Origin: Mustelus asterias
Taxonomy: Eukaryota
Assembly (NCBI RefSeq): GCF_964213995.1
Contig: NC_135805.1
Location: forward strand, 140,244,001-140,308,000
DNA length: 64,000 nucleotides
Reading direction: 5' to 3'
Shown here: in pieces, positions 13,511 through 27,381 of the stretch
Layout of the letters: every line of letters begins with the position of its first letter
How positions within the stretch are numbered: the first letter of the stretch is position 1
Program-made: the position numbers and the translations under genes
The notes under the pieces: model-generated
Databases searched by the model: none
What the model saw: the letters and a program-made list of their open reading frames with translations, nothing else
Told to the model about the DNA's origin: nothing

Positions 13511-13868
13511 TTCCTAAATCATTCCTTTCAATGCACTTATGTTAACTTACAGAATGAATACAATGCTGCTTCAAATCCTACATGAAACAAGTCTTAATGT
13601 GAAAGTATCATTATTTTATCAAGTCTATACATCAGGATGACGACCCAGTAGTTAGATTTGCCCTCAGTGGTGAGTTAACACATCCCTCCCCCACGAACCC
13701 TCCTTACTCCTCACCACAGACTCGGAAAAAATACATTCACCTTGGATCAGTTCTGTCATGATTAAACTTTGGTCCTTATTACAAAATAACATACAAAACC
13801 AACATGTATTTTAATGAACCTTATGAGAAACATTATTGGAAAAACTTAAAATATGTTGAGCATCTTAC

Positions 13869-13988
13869 CTTATAATATCTGAAGTAATCCCTTTCGAGCA
13901 ATTTTTGTAGTTTAGGGAAGACCTTGTAGCTGTTGAAGTCATCAATGCTCTCAATGTCACAGAAACAGTCATCCAAGACACCCGTCAT
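13869..13988 (-). CDS. ERO1B: ERO1B coding exon 2 (120 bp): [40 protein letters not shown]
   Basis: Matches ERO1[41 protein letters not shown]. ttttttAG acceptor, GTaag donor, phases 0/0. Confidence 0.97.
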
Positions 13989-14410
13989 CTAAAAAAGATT
14001 ACATTTTATTCTCAAGTGTAAATAAACAATCATCTGGAGTGCTTTCAATCAATTATATGATTGATCTATGAATAAAACGGAAAGTGCTGGAGATACAGCA
14101 GGTTGGTCAGTATCTCAAAAAGGCAACATTCCAGGTTCAGACTTTGAAACAACCTGAAAAATCGGCCAACCAAAATGAAATGGGGAAGAGCAAAGACAAA
14201 TTAGAATCAAATAAGCTACTATAAACATTTTTATTGGCTTTACTACACAACCTGACTGAAGTTACACATACGGCAACTCAGTGAGCACTTTACATCCATC
14301 AACTACCTTTGTTGAAAGAGGCTGAGGGAGTGCTGGACAGTATACAAGGTGTGGCCTCAATTTGATTATGAAAAGACATTAGAAAGAAATGGCAAATAAT
14401 TAGTGCATAG

Positions 14411-14580
14411 TTTATTTTTTATTAGTGTCACAAGTAGGTTTACATTAACACTGCGATGAAATTACTGTATCCCATAATCGCTACATTCTGACGCCTATTT
14501 GGGTACATGGAGGGAGAATTTAACATTGCCAACACATCTTTCAGACTACGAGAGGAAACCGGAGCACCCAGAGGAAACCC
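14411..14580 (-). mobile_element. 5'-truncated type-2 SINE
   Basis: Reverse complement of the type-2 tail and central domain. Confidence 0.75.
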
Positions 14581-15394
14581 GGTTACACCTGATGATGCAA
14601 CAACCCAAACATGATAATGCAACTTCACCAGCTCAACACCAAACATTTATATTAAGACAGATCCTGCGCTTTCAATTACTTCAATTTGCAAAACTAATTC
14701 AAGGCAAAGGCAAATAAAATTTAGCAAAGTCTCCAGTTAGTGAAACACAGGTAAATTTTTCACTGTACTAAAATTGCAAAAGATTGATAAAATGCACATA
14801 CAGACCCATCCTAAAAAGCAACTGAAGTCAGCAGTACCAAGTTTCCAAACCCTTGAAATTTATTTTGGTTATCCTATCCCCAAGAAGGATGTTGCTCCCT
14901 TTTACCACTACAACATTATCAATTTATGTTTGCACTTTTCCAAAGTTACAGGCACTGCAGAGAGCTTTCAAATGTATCTTGGAGACCTAATCACCACTAC
15001 TAGATTCAACATGGCTCCTTCATTAAGTTCTTTTGAGCAGCTCTGGAACTGCACTCTTGAATTGGTCATTGCTTGGATCAACTATACAGCCTGACACTGT
15101 GCATCAAAATGTGGTTTAACATAATGCCTCCCATTCATGCCTTGCGAGTCACTCAAATTGCACTCTGCTAATATAGATATGAATTCTCTTCCTCTTCCAC
15201 TCACTTCCAAGAATCAGTAGGATAGTCAGAATCCACCTTTCCCTCAGGTGATTAATGGATAACAAAAGCACCTCCCTGTTCTCTCTCTCCTACTGTTGTC
15301 TACACCATTCAACCCTACCCATACCTTTGATGTCAATTGAACTACATTTATCAAATGCCTTCAGGCTGCAAATGTTCAGTGTTTTTATAACCTC

Positions 15395-15735
15395 ATTCTT
15401 TCATGGGATGGCAGCATGTGTTGCCCATCCCTAATGCTATTGAACTGCATGGCTTGCTAGTCCAATACAAAGAGTAGCTAAGAGTCAACCACATTGTTGT
15501 GGTCTGGAGCCATATCTGTCCAGGTAAGAATGGCAGATTTCCTTCTCTAAAGGACATTAATGAACCAGATGAATGTTCATGACAATTGACGATCTTTTCA
15601 TGGTCACTATTTTGAAACGAGCTTTCAATTCCCGATTTTATCAATTGAATTTAAATTTGACCAGCTGCCCTGGTCAGATTTGAACCCGTGACCCCAGAAG
15701 AATAGCCTGGGCCTCTGGATTACATTACCACTGTA
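15395..15735 (-). mobile_element. Third tRNA-derived SINE type, sharing its tail with the old CR1/L2-group LINE
   Basis: B-box-like GGGTTCAAATC near 15680. The tail (reverse complement of TTGCCCATCCCTAAT) resembles the LINE 3' end at 9690-9725 and 34915-34945. Confidence 0.6.
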
Positions 15736-16157
15736 CCTTAATCTCCCCCCATCAATGTAGATGATTTTATTCCCCAGCACCTTTGATGATCCAAAATATA
15801 AAAAGTATCGAAAAGCATAATGGAATGTTTTTTGAATCATGGAGGTTGGCATTCAGACGTCAAGAAGCAATGCTTCAGTTTTATACAGTCATGGCCAGGT
15901 TCCATGTGGAATGCTGCACTCAGGTTTGGGAACTGACCCTCAGGAAAAATATACTGCCACTGGAATGGCAACAGTGCAGTCACCACAACGATACCAGGGC
16001 TTAAAGGGTTACGTTGAGGACAGGTTCTGAAGACTCCGCATATCGCGTTGAGTTTAGATGGTTATCGGGTGATTGAACGGAGGCATTTAAAATGATCGGG
16101 GATTTGATAGAACAGAAAATGCCATAAATAGGCAGCACAAGTGGACAGTGAACATTT

Positions 16158-19100
16158 TGATACAACTCTTCCAAGGCAGGTGTCCCTTCACCAAATTTAG
16201 ATTTATTTGCATAGTAAGCAACACACAGATGGTACTTCCTCGTACAGAGTCTAAATCTGGAGTGCCAATAACCCTGACACTCCACATTATGTACACAAGC
16301 AGGGCTGCCCTGATTGGACAAGTTATTATTGCCTTAATCTGGGACCTTGTATTCTAAGTAGTCCACATCGTGGACCTCGTTAAAGTCATTACATCCCTCC
16401 CCCTCTAGGTCGAAGGAACCTCGGCAGTTTGTTCGTCTTGGGGCATTTAAGTGCCGGGTCCAGTTCCTCTGCATCTGATGTAGGCAGGGTGTGGCGAACT
16501 GGTGCATCTCTTTCGTCTAGAGCACCGAGGCACGAGTTCACTCTCTTCTTCGGGTAGAGAGGGAGTAAACTTGACTACGTCCACCATAGATGGAGACAGT
16601 GAGCAGGAGCCGGCGGTTCCCAGAAGTCTTTCCAAGGCTCCCAACGTGCTGGGCATTGTTTGTTGCTGAAAGGCCTGAGATATGATCCCGGATGATATCC
16701 ACTATGTGGACTTTGTATGAAACCGGTCCTGTCCGAGCCCACCGTGCCTTGTAACCACGCGGGGCCATTCCCATGATTCTTTAACAATACTTTTTCACCC
16801 GCCTTTAAGTGTCTCTCACAGTTGGATGGGTCAGTGGCCCTGGCTCAGGACAACTCTTGATTCCCATAAGAGTATGCCATTGGCTATGGTCAGTTGCTCT
16901 CTCTGGACTCCAAGAGTGGGGAATTTGAGTTTATGTTTTCCCGTCAACAGTAGCTGTTTCAATTTAGCGAGAACTGGGTCTTTTGAGTCCACAGTCAAAT
17001 ATTATTTGCAGCCACTGGGAGAATTTACAAAAAAATTCTTTGTCATTCCAGTCTCTTCCATTTGGGGTACCACTGATGGGGTGTCTGCTAATGGTAGCCG
17101 ACTTAAGGCTAGTTAGTTACTCGGCTTCCAATTAGGTGAGTAATGAAGCCCACTGCTGGGTTTGGGCCGGTGCTATGGGCGGCAGCACCTTGTCCTTCCT
17201 TAGCAGTCCCAGTGGTGGCTTGTGGTCGATGATAATGATTTTCCGCCCATACAGCTACTGGTAGAATTTTTTTTTTTTAAAACACCAAATATCAGCCCCA
17301 ACCCTTCTTTTTTGAAGTGAGCATATTTGCGTTCAGTGATAGCCAAGGTCCTGGAAGTGTATCCAATTGGTTGTTCCTTTCTGTTTGTTCACCTATGTGC
17401 CAATATTGCCTTGATGCCATACGGGGATGCATCACAGGTCAGTAATAATTCTTTCCTCGAATCTTATTGTGCCAGAACATTGGAGGAGGAAGGCTGTTGC
17501 TTTACTTTAATGAAAGCCAAGGATCGACTGGAAGACCACTCCCAAGGCTAATCTTTAGTTTAGTAGTTGGTGTATTGGAGCCAGGATGGAGGCAAGGTTG
17601 AGTATAAATTTCCCGTAGTAGGTTACCAACCCCAGAAATGATCTTAACTCCTAGAAGGACATGGGAACCTGATTGCCCACACCTTGTCCTCCAAAAGGGT
17701 GTAGACCAGACTTGCTTACTCCGTAGCCTAGAAAGGTCACTTGGGAAACCTGGAACTTTTCCCTTCTTAGGTTTATGCCTGCCTTGAAAAATTGACTTGG
17801 AACTTTAAGATTCTCTAGGCGGTCCTCATTTGTTTTTCCTGTTATAAAAGGACATCATCAAGATAAATAGCAACCCAAGGTAGACCTTGTAAAATGTTCT
17901 CCATTGTTCAGTGGAAGATTGAGCAGGCTGACGAAAAAGGCCCTTATGAGTGAGAGTTGAATTTCTCTGGGAATTCTCATCTAGCTAGCTGTAAAAGTAA
18001 CTCAAGCATATCAAGTTTCGAACAGAAGACTCCTCCTGCCAAGTTCATGGATAAATCCTTGATTGGGGGAAGAAACAGTTTACCACTTGTTTAATATCCC
18101 CGCAAAGGCAGACTGATCCACCCAGTTTCAAAATTGGTATGATCGGTGCTGTCTGTTCCACCAATTGGACTGGTTTGATGATCCCTTCGTTCCCAGTTTT
18201 CAGATTTCTGTTTCAACCTTTTCCCCAGAAGGCAAATGGTGCTGGGCAGACCTTGCAAAAAATCACGGAATCTCTAACTGGTCAACATATAAGGTCACCT
18301 TGACTCCTTTGATAGTCATCAAACCTTCCTGGAAAACTTCAGGGTATTTAAGCAGGACTTCACTCAGGCACCAATTAACTACCGGAAAGGTGTTGAGCCA
18401 ATCTAGGTGGATGTCTTGCAGCCAATTTTGCTCCATTAGGCTTGGCCTAAGCCTTCCACTACAATCATTGGTAACCGAACCAGCTTTCTTTCATAGGAGA
18501 CAGCAACATAGGCTGTACCCAGAATTGTCAAAGGTGCCCCTGGTATAGGCTTAAGGGCTAGAGTCCAGAGTGAATTTTATGGAACTGATTCTGTGACCAC
18601 TGATATGGCTGCAACAGTATCGACCTCCATTAGTATATTTATCTTGATCGGGTCCAAATGGACATCGATACGCAAGTTAAATTGTTCTAGGTGGACCTTT
18701 CCTGCATAGCGGCCTACGAGTTGTCTTTCTAAACCTAGATCTTGTAAGACTCCGTTACTGTTTCGACTCCACATACTGGCAACAATTACAATGCATCAAT
18801 TACCAGGCAGGATTCTGAAGGGACTTGTAACTGTTTGGTTGAAGTTTGGCTTTGCTTTGGGACAGTGCTGTGGGCAGACCTGGAGTTACATGTAGCTGGA
18901 TACTTTGAGTGAGTCTAAGTGCTCAAATGATGGTTCCCGAACTCAGTCAAACTGGCATAGGTGTCCACTTCCATTGGGATATCTTGCAATTTTTCAGTGA
19001 TAAGATCACCTGTTTGAAGTTCGGTTGAACTTTAGCTAATGGGTGTTTTTGAATAGTTATTAATCCCGCATACCAGCCGGTCTCTAAGCATCTCGTCAAG

Positions 19101-19695
19101 GGTTAAACCAAATTCACATGCTGCTTCTACCAACTGTCTTAACCTTGTTAGGAAACCCACAACAGATTCCCCTGGCTCTTGAATTGCAGAGTAAAAACTA
19201 CAATGTCTGAGGTTTTAGTATTTGTCTCAGGGAAAGTTGAACTCCGAATGACACCAAATGCTGCAGCACCACAGGCAGTCAGGAAAAGTGTCCTTCGCTT
19301 TTCACCTGCCATAACGCCATTTGTCCGAAAAAAGTAAGACATGCGCTCCACGTTTGGGCCCAGCCCTCGATGGCAGGGTTGAACTAGTCTAATCTTCCAA
19401 ACAAAGGCATGGTGCATAAGAATGGCCTACCCCAACTTAGGCCAACTGTTGCAAGCGAGTTCCTTCAGGATTGTGCTTTACCTCGTCACCATTGAAATAA
19501 GGTAGGTGTCCCTTCACCAAATTTAAATTTATTTACATAGGAAGCAATACTCAGACAGGTACTTCCTCGTACAGAGTCTAAACCTTAAGTGCCAGTAACC
19601 CTGACACTATGGACATTACTATGAATATTGCTGCCTTAATCTGGGAGCTTGTGTTGCAAAAGATCCATACCGTGGGCCTTGTTAAAGTCATTACA
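16158..19695 (-). mobile_element. Degenerate Ty3/Gypsy LTR retrotransposon with both LTRs
   Basis: LTRs 19493-19695 and 16158-16393 (TG..CA on minus). 5-bp TSD CATTT (16153-16157, 19696-19700). PBS TGGTGACGAGG next to the 5' LTR. PPT AGGGGGAGGGA next to the 3' LTR. Remnants of gag, protease (MEVDTVAAISV), RT/RNase H and integrase C-terminus (RTGPVSYKV). Confidence 0.9.
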
Positions 19696-21271
19696 CATTT
19701 TGGGTCAATGACCTCGTTTTTAAATAACTGGTAGGCATAGATTGTTTAAAAGAGTGACCCACTCAATGGCTGGGCCATGTGGATCTGGCTACTGATGTTG
19801 CAAGTTAATCATTATTATGAAATATGCTTACCGGTTTAAACTGGAAAGTCACAGTAGCAATATTGTTTTTACTCCAAATAATTTGCAGACATTTTAATCG
19901 CACTTTCTCAAAAAGACTATGGGCTTTGCATACACTATCAGATTAAGGTACAATAAATTTTGGTTGTTTTTCAAAAGCTATGGTAAAAAACAACTTTAGA
20001 TAGATGCATCTTGAAAATATTTAAGAGTATGCCCCTAACAAGAACAGTTTACCATTAAACAGAGTTGTGTTAAGCTGCACACTATGTAGAGCTTAGTTTT
20101 TCAAAAAAGCAAACGTTTGAAAGGAATTTCTCAGTCAGCTTCAAAAGATTAGATTGTGTTTTAACAGTTAAGTTTAAAAAAAACAATGATAAAATCTAAA
20201 GTGATTAATACGAATATGCTAAGTGGACTGAAGCTGGTGTTAAAGCAATACAATTTAGAAAATCTAGACTTTTTGTTGGAAAATGGATTCACCAGAACAA
20301 AACAAGTTTATTAAAACTTGAGAACAAAAACTCAAGCAATAAGTGAAGAAATAGCCACTTTCCTAATTTGGTAGAACTTCATTTATGTATTATAATGCTA
20401 ATGACAACAAGTACTAAAAATGCACCATATGGACAGGAGAAAGAGTTATGAATTACCATTTCTACATGAGAAACGTCTACAGAGAAATATCTTTGAGTAC
20501 CTTACGAGGTAGAAAGAAGGTTGACACTGAACTAGAGATGGGAGTAACAGGTATCCTACATCTGAAAAGATAGCCCTTATTCTGGACACAAAAGTTGATA
20601 AACTTCTCATGTTTTGAGGTTGGAAACAGACTGGAAGAGGAATGTCATTCTCTCCAGGATTATCCCAGAATATAGAATTACATTACAATTTGAAGAGCTC
20701 CAGTCAGAATTGGCAGTGGGAAGACAAGATGTATATTTCCAACATTTTCTGTTTTTATTTCAAGTTTGCAGCAATCATAATCTTGCACTTTTGCGTTCAA
20801 TCTTATAATCTCTCTTCATGGAAACTATTGACAAAAATGCTGTATTCTTTAAGGGGATTGCTGAAATGTATACTTCAATCACTTTTTCCTTTAACGCTTC
20901 AGTAACGACAAAATGATCCACTTCATTACTCACTGGGATAAAAATCCCAAAGCCTTGCTTAAGAATACACCTATTTACTAACTGCCATTTGTGCTCAAGT
21001 TTCCAGCAAGAGTCCCAATGCAATACCACATCATGGGACACAACAAGCTTTCATCAACAACTGATGGTTGAAGGCTTGGGAATTATCTTAACTCCCCAGT
21101 GTATGCAGCCAAGTGCGTTTCTCCATTGCTTTCTGCTGTGAGGAGTGGCAGTTAGTTAGCTGTACGAGCGAAGAAACAAACTTGCAGCATTGTCTAGGGA
21201 TGTCTTAGCCCATCTTGAAAGGTGACTTAGTCCCCCTTCACCTGGTGAAAAAGCAACTTATCAATATATGG

Positions 21272-24118
21272 CAGTGCTTCCCAAACTTTTCCCATTCTGA
21301 GGCTTGCAAATTGCTGTGACCCCAGAGTGAGCCAATGAGGGATCAGAGACGGGGAAAGCAGGGGGTGAGTTGCAAAGCTGAAGAGCTGTTTGAATTATAG
21401 GGTTTTAAAATAACAAGTGCCTATCTTTTCTGCAATAGAAATCAGGCCGCAAAAGATTGGTCAGATTGGCCGTGCCCATCATTTAAAAAAAAACCAAGGA
21501 TTTCAAGGGCCCTTGCAGCCCGTCAACCAGAGGGCTTCTCAATCCATGAATGAACCGCACAGCGGCCTCAGGCAAGGCTAGGGGAGATAGAGTCTGTCTC
21601 CTAATCAACACCTTGTGGTGCCTAGATGTAGCAATACTGGCGAGTTTCTGTTCCCCGGACCTAGAATACCTGACACTAAAATGCCACTCCTACTACCTTC
21701 TGTGAGAGTTCACCTCTGTTATCCTGACAGCAGTTTACATCCCACCCCACGCGGATGTGAAGACCGCGCTGGACAAAATATACACCATTCAAATAGCTTT
21801 GAGACAAAACATCCTGAGGCCTTGTTCATCAGGGACTTCAATCTTGCCAAGCTCAAGAGCGTCCTACCAAAATACCAACATGTCTCCTGCTCCACCAGAA
21901 GCCCAAACATCCTAGGCCACTGCTACACAATATCAAACATGTCTACTGCTCTATCGTCCGCCCACCCTTTGGTAAATCAGACCACAAGGCTGTGCTCCTG
22001 CTCACGAGCGAAAACTGAAATGGGAGAATCCTTCAAAGAAAGTCGTGCAATGTTGATCTGTGGAATCGGATGATCTCCTATGGGACTGCTTAGAGTCAGT
22101 AGATTGGTCAATATTTAAAAACTCCGAGACCAGCCTGAATGAGGATGCCATGACAGTAACTGACATCGTGAGTAAGTGTGTAGAAGACTGTGCCAAAGAA
22201 GCAAATCCGTGTGTTTTCCAATGAGAAACCATGGATGAACAGGGATATTCACTGCTTGCTCAAGTCCAGGTCTGAGGCGTTCAAGTCAGGTGACCCTGAC
22301 CTATACAAGAAAGCCAAATATGATCCAAGGAGATCCAAAGATGCCAAAAGACACTACCGGACCAAGCTAGAGTCCCAGGCTAGCCACACCGACGCCCGCC
22401 GACTATGGAAAGGTCTGCAGGACATAACAGGCTACAAAAAGGCATGCAAAAATCACAGGCACCAACGCACCCCTCCCTGATGAGCTCAATGCATTCTGTA
22501 CCCATTTTGAGCAAGAGGTCATCGAAAGCACGCCCTCCATCCCGGAAGCCTCATATGAACCTGTATCTGAAGTCACCATTGCAGATGTCAGAGCAGTTTT
22601 CTCGAAGGTCAACCCACAGAACGCGACTGGCCCAGATGGGGTACCCAGATCAGCACTCAGATCCTGGCACAGACTGGCTGGCAGGGGTATTCGCAGACAT
22701 CTTCAGCCTCTCTTTGCAACAATCTGAGGTCCCTATCTGCTTCAAGGAGATGGTCATCACCCCGGTACCAAAGAAAGGTTAGGCAGCGCGCCTTAATGAC
22801 TATTGTCCGGTGGCTCTGACATCCATCATTATGAAGTGCTTCGAATGGTTAGTCATGGCACGAATCAATTCCGGCCCCCCCAGATTGCCTGGATCCACTT
22901 AGGTCACCTACTGCCCTCACAGGTCCAAAACAGACGCCATCTTTCTGGCCCTGCACTCAACCCTGGAACACCTAGATAACAGAGACACCTATGTCAGACT
23001 CCTATTTGTCGACTACAGCTCAGCCTTCAACACCATTATTCTTACAAAACTCATCTCCAAACTCCGTGGCCTGGAGCTCAGCTCCTCCATCTGTGACTGG
23101 ATCGTGAACTTCCTAACCCACAGACTGCAATAAGGATAGGCAACAACACTTCCTCCACGATCATCCTCAACACCGGTGCCCCACAAGGCTGTGTTCTCAG
23201 CCCCTTACTATACTCCTTTTGACTGTGTGGCCAAATTCCCGTCCAACTTGATTTTCAAGTTTGCTGATGACACCACCATAGTGGGTCAGATCTCAAACAA
23301 TGACAAGACAGAGTACAGGAAAGATGGAGAATCTGGTGAACTTGTGCAACGACAATAATCTCTCCCTCAATGTCAACAAAACAAAGGAGATACTCATCAA
23401 CTTCAGGAAGCGTAGTGGAGAACATGCCCGTCAACATCAACGGGGACAATGTAGAAATGGTCGAGAGCTTCAAGTTTTAGGTGTCCAGATCACCAGCAAC
23501 CAGTCCTGGTCCCTCCATGCCGACACTATAGTTAAGAAAGCTCACCTACACTTCTACTTTCTCAAAAGACTAAGGAAATTTGGCACGTCCGCTATGACTT
23601 TCACCAACTTTTACAGATGCACCATAGAAAGCATCCTTTCTCATTGTATCACAGCTTGGTGTGGTCTTGGACAGAGCAGGAGCTATAAAGGAACTACAAA
23701 GGGTTGTGAACGAGGCCCAGTCCATCACTCAAACCAGCCTCCCTTCTACACTTCCTGCTGCCTCGGAAAAACAGCCAACATAATCAAAGACCCCACGCAC
23801 CCTGGACATTCTCTCTTCCACCAGGAAAAAGATATAAAAGTCTGAGGACACGTACCAACCAACTCAAGAACAGCTTCTTCCCTGCTGTCAGACTTTTGAA
23901 TGGACCTGCCTTGCATTAAGTTGATCTTTCTCTACACCCTAGCTATGACTGTAACATAACATTCTGCACCCTCTCCTTCTCGATGAACGGTATGCTTTGT
24001 CTGTATAGCACTCAAGAAACAATACTTTTCACTGTATTCTAATACATGTGATAACAATAAATCAAATCAAAGCTTAGGCAGAGCTCCATGGCAGCTACCT
24101 CCACTTTGGGAAGTCCTG
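21272..24118. mobile_element. hAT-type non-autonomous DNA transposon hosting a Rex1-like LINE
   Basis: TIR-like ends CAGTGCTTCCCAAACT / ACTTTGGGAAGTCCTG. 8-bp flanks ATATATGG and ACATAAGG match at 6 of 8 positions. Confidence 0.6.
21540..24071 (+). mobile_element. Rex1/Babar-like non-LTR retrotransposon, 5'-truncated and frameshifted
   Basis: Remnants NEKPWMN, (F)[40 protein letters not shown]. Tail ...AATAAATCAAATCAAA. Confidence 0.88.
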
Positions 24119-26915
24119 ACATAAGGAAGGGCTTGCTATCCTAGCCTGAAGCTCAAGCCATTAATAACAGAGCTCAAGTAAAGACAGTATACAGTGTGGT
24201 TCTAAACCACAAAAGCCAGAAAGTCTCAGATTTGGATTCTGGTCATTCCTTCACCTGATCAGCGTCTAGTCCAACTCTTAAGTACATATATGGACATTGG
24301 GTAAACCGGTATGTTGGTTTTGATTGTAGATTGCAACACCGTCAAATAGCGTATTGACACGTAGGCTCACAGAATGAAAGGCCAATTCAGTAAGGTACTC
24401 AAGGATGCCCAGCAGCCAATAAACATATTCCAAGTAAGAGTTAACAACTACAGGAGAGAAGGGATACTTGGAAGAAAATACCCATGCCCAATTTTAAAAT
24501 AGCTCAGTGCAGCAGCCCCATCTTTGACCCACTAACCTAGTTAGGAAACCAGCTCTATCTAAACATTGCTGGGAACAAACAACCCAAATCAAGCAGGAAT
24601 GCAATCTTCCAAAGTAAAATAATCCTTTTATAAAGCAACCAGAGTTTGCAATTATTTGAAATGACCTGCCTGAGAAGGAAATAAAGTTTGGATACTCCAC
24701 TTTGCATCAAAGCACACTTAAATAGAGATACATTGTCGTTCCAAATTCTATTATAAGATTTAAATGGAGAAAATATTTCTCTTCACATCCCTGCTCCCCG
24801 CCCCCCCACCAACCAAATTTCATTGATCAGTTCGCAGCATATCAACTACGTACCATTGCCTAAAGCAGAAGGTCATGGGTTAGAAGTCCACAATGGACTT
24901 TTAGCAACCTCAGCTGAGACTTCAGTGCAATACAGAGGGATTACTGCACAGTTAAATGTACCACCTTTCAATCAAACTTTAATCCAAGATACTACCTGCC
25001 TTCCCTGGCAGATGAAATCAATCCGATGGCAATATTCAAACAAGGGTAGGGGAATTCTCCAAGTGTCCAACATATACCCAACCATCAGCATCCATAAAGA
25101 GAATATCTAGCCCTTTGGTTGTTGATGGTTCTTCTGTATGGGAATTTGCTGTTTTACTCACCTATAGGACTGCACTTGCAAAAAATTACCCAATTATTGC
25201 AGAGTCCATTCCTGACTCCAGCTTCTATGCCTCCCTCCATTTAGACCATCCCTTTAGCAGCCATGGCTTCATTCATATAAGTCCCTGTTCTCGAATTCCC
25301 TCCACCCTCCTCTAAGAGTTTACTGATTCCTCTTTCACCAAGCTAATGTGCTTTGGCTTGACTACGCCTGCCTGTTTACAATTTTGTGAAATGCTGTGGG
25401 ACAATTTCCCAAAGTGCGCTATAAACCCAAAATGTTGCAAGTATAAAATTATTCACATTTCTGTGAAACTTTCTTTGAGATCATAAATGTGGCATTGGGA
25501 TTAAAGCATGGTCACAGGACTGAACAAAATTGTTGTGACCTGTAGAGTGCTTTGTCACTTGAATGTTCAAAAGATTGTCTTATCACTCCTTGATCATCCA
25601 ATTTTCTCTGGGTTAAGGGAAAAAGAGCAGCATCATAAATATATAATTTGAAAGTGCCTTTAGCCGAGAAAATTGTTCTCAGGAGGTGCACTAACTAAAA
25701 TAGACACGTCAAATGATAGATATTAGGATGGGTAATCAAATGTTTGCTCAGAGGTGGGATTTAATGAGGGTCTTAAAATAAGAGACAATGGAGAAAGGAA
25801 AAGTTGAGAAGCAATTCCAGAGTTAGGGGCTGAGACCGCTTCCAACGATGTGATAACGGGGAGAGACACTTTGTGATGATTGAGTGGGGAAGGGTAACTC
25901 TTGTTGACAGGTACAGGGAAATGAGAGCTCGAAGTCAAAGCTTTAAACAGGAGGAGATTGAGAATTTCAAATAGAAAAATCTTTACAAATGATTGGTTTA
26001 GTTGAAAAAGTACTGTTAATGCAAAATTCTGTGCGTCTTAAGATTTGTCAAATTCACAGGGTTCAACTTTAAAGGCTACTCGACGTGGACAACAGAAAAG
26101 GACTTCTCAAACCCAAGTTGAAAATTGAGCAGAGCATCATTGTTCTTTGTGGAATACCTATTCCGAAAACAGATCTACTTCCCAACATGCTACAATATAG
26201 TTCTTAGCCCAACAACTATGTAACAGATACGTTGACTTGGTACAATACACGTTTTTTTTCTGCTCCTAGACTTCGAAATATTAATGAGACATCGGTATAG
26301 GGTTGCTCTAGATCGCTAAACACCCGGCTATTTAACATTCTGGTCTCTACACAGTGCTCCGTAAATTTTCGATTAATACGCTAGAGGGAATTCACATTAA
26401 CGCTTGAGCGATCCCGCATCAATAATTAAAACACATCCAATTCAAAACCGTCAACATGCATAAATGAACAAACTGAACATTTGTAAAATTTGCTTCCGAA
26501 TAAATTCCCCCTCATCTAACAAGATGCTTCTTGTTTACGATTCTGTTTACAAAATACAAAGCATTTTTGACCAGGCTACAGGGAGATCATCTCATAAATC
26601 TTAGATTTATTTTTGTTTCAACTGTTACTGTAGTTATTCTGGGTTTTTTAAAAAACAAGTTCTCCTGTGACTGGTAATGCTGGATGGTTTTGACTTGATG
26701 AAACTGGGTGCAATACATGAGAAACATTCACAAGAGGTTTACTTTAAGAATTAATTAAACGACGTGGAAAAGACCAATTTAGATGAATGATTTTTAAAAA
26801 AAATTGACAGGCTGTCTGTACGTTTCTAAAAATCCTCTGCAGGGAGATGGGCAGCCTGAGATCAGTGACAGGGGGCAGGCAGGGTGAGCCGGGGTCCCAG
26901 TGAGAGCCACTCTAC

Positions 26916-26999
26916 CTGGCTGCTGATGCTGCTGCTGCCGGCATCCCAGAGCGAAGACAAGCTGAGGAGGGCGGCCAGTGCCGCGCGGGCGGCTCGCAT
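26916..26999 (-). CDS. ERO1B: ERO1B proximal first coding exon (signal peptide): MRAARAALAALLSLSSLWDAGSSSISSQ
   Basis: ATG in gcggcgATG context inside a CpG island. Basic-then-hydrophobic signal-like peptide. CAG|GTaga phase-0 donor, in frame with exon 2, ending in Q like human ...EAQ|VTG. Confidence 0.82.
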
Positions 27000-27360
27000 C
27001 GCCGCCGTTACTCTGAGCCCGAGCTCGCGGCGCCGTTGGGATTCAAAGGCGAGAGACCAGTGGGCGATGGATGGGACCGTCTGCTGTCCCAGTGCACACC
27101 TTCCTCCTCCTCCTCCACCTGCCGAGGAGAGAGGCTGTTCCAGCACCTTCTCACACCCACCCACGCGATGCTCCGGCGTCAGTGCGCACACTCCGGCATC
27201 TCGCCTATTTCAGCACTCAACTCTCCCCGCCCCCCCGGGAGTCGGCGGCAGCCGGCCCGCACTGCGCAGGTGCAAACGTCGCACGCTCCGCCTGACGGAA
27301 TTGGAGTCGCCGCTCCTCCCCCCCCCCCCCCGTCCCCGACAGAGCGCCGACTCGACAAAG

Positions 27361-27381
27361 AACTACAGTTCCCGGCGTCCC
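27361..27381 (+). promoter_or_regulatory. ZNF143/THAP11 (SBS, ACTACAnnTCCC) promoter motif
   Basis: AACTACAGTTCCCGGCGTCCC matches the ACTACAnnTCCCAG vertebrate promoter motif, about 360 bp upstream of the proximal ATG. Confidence 0.65.
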
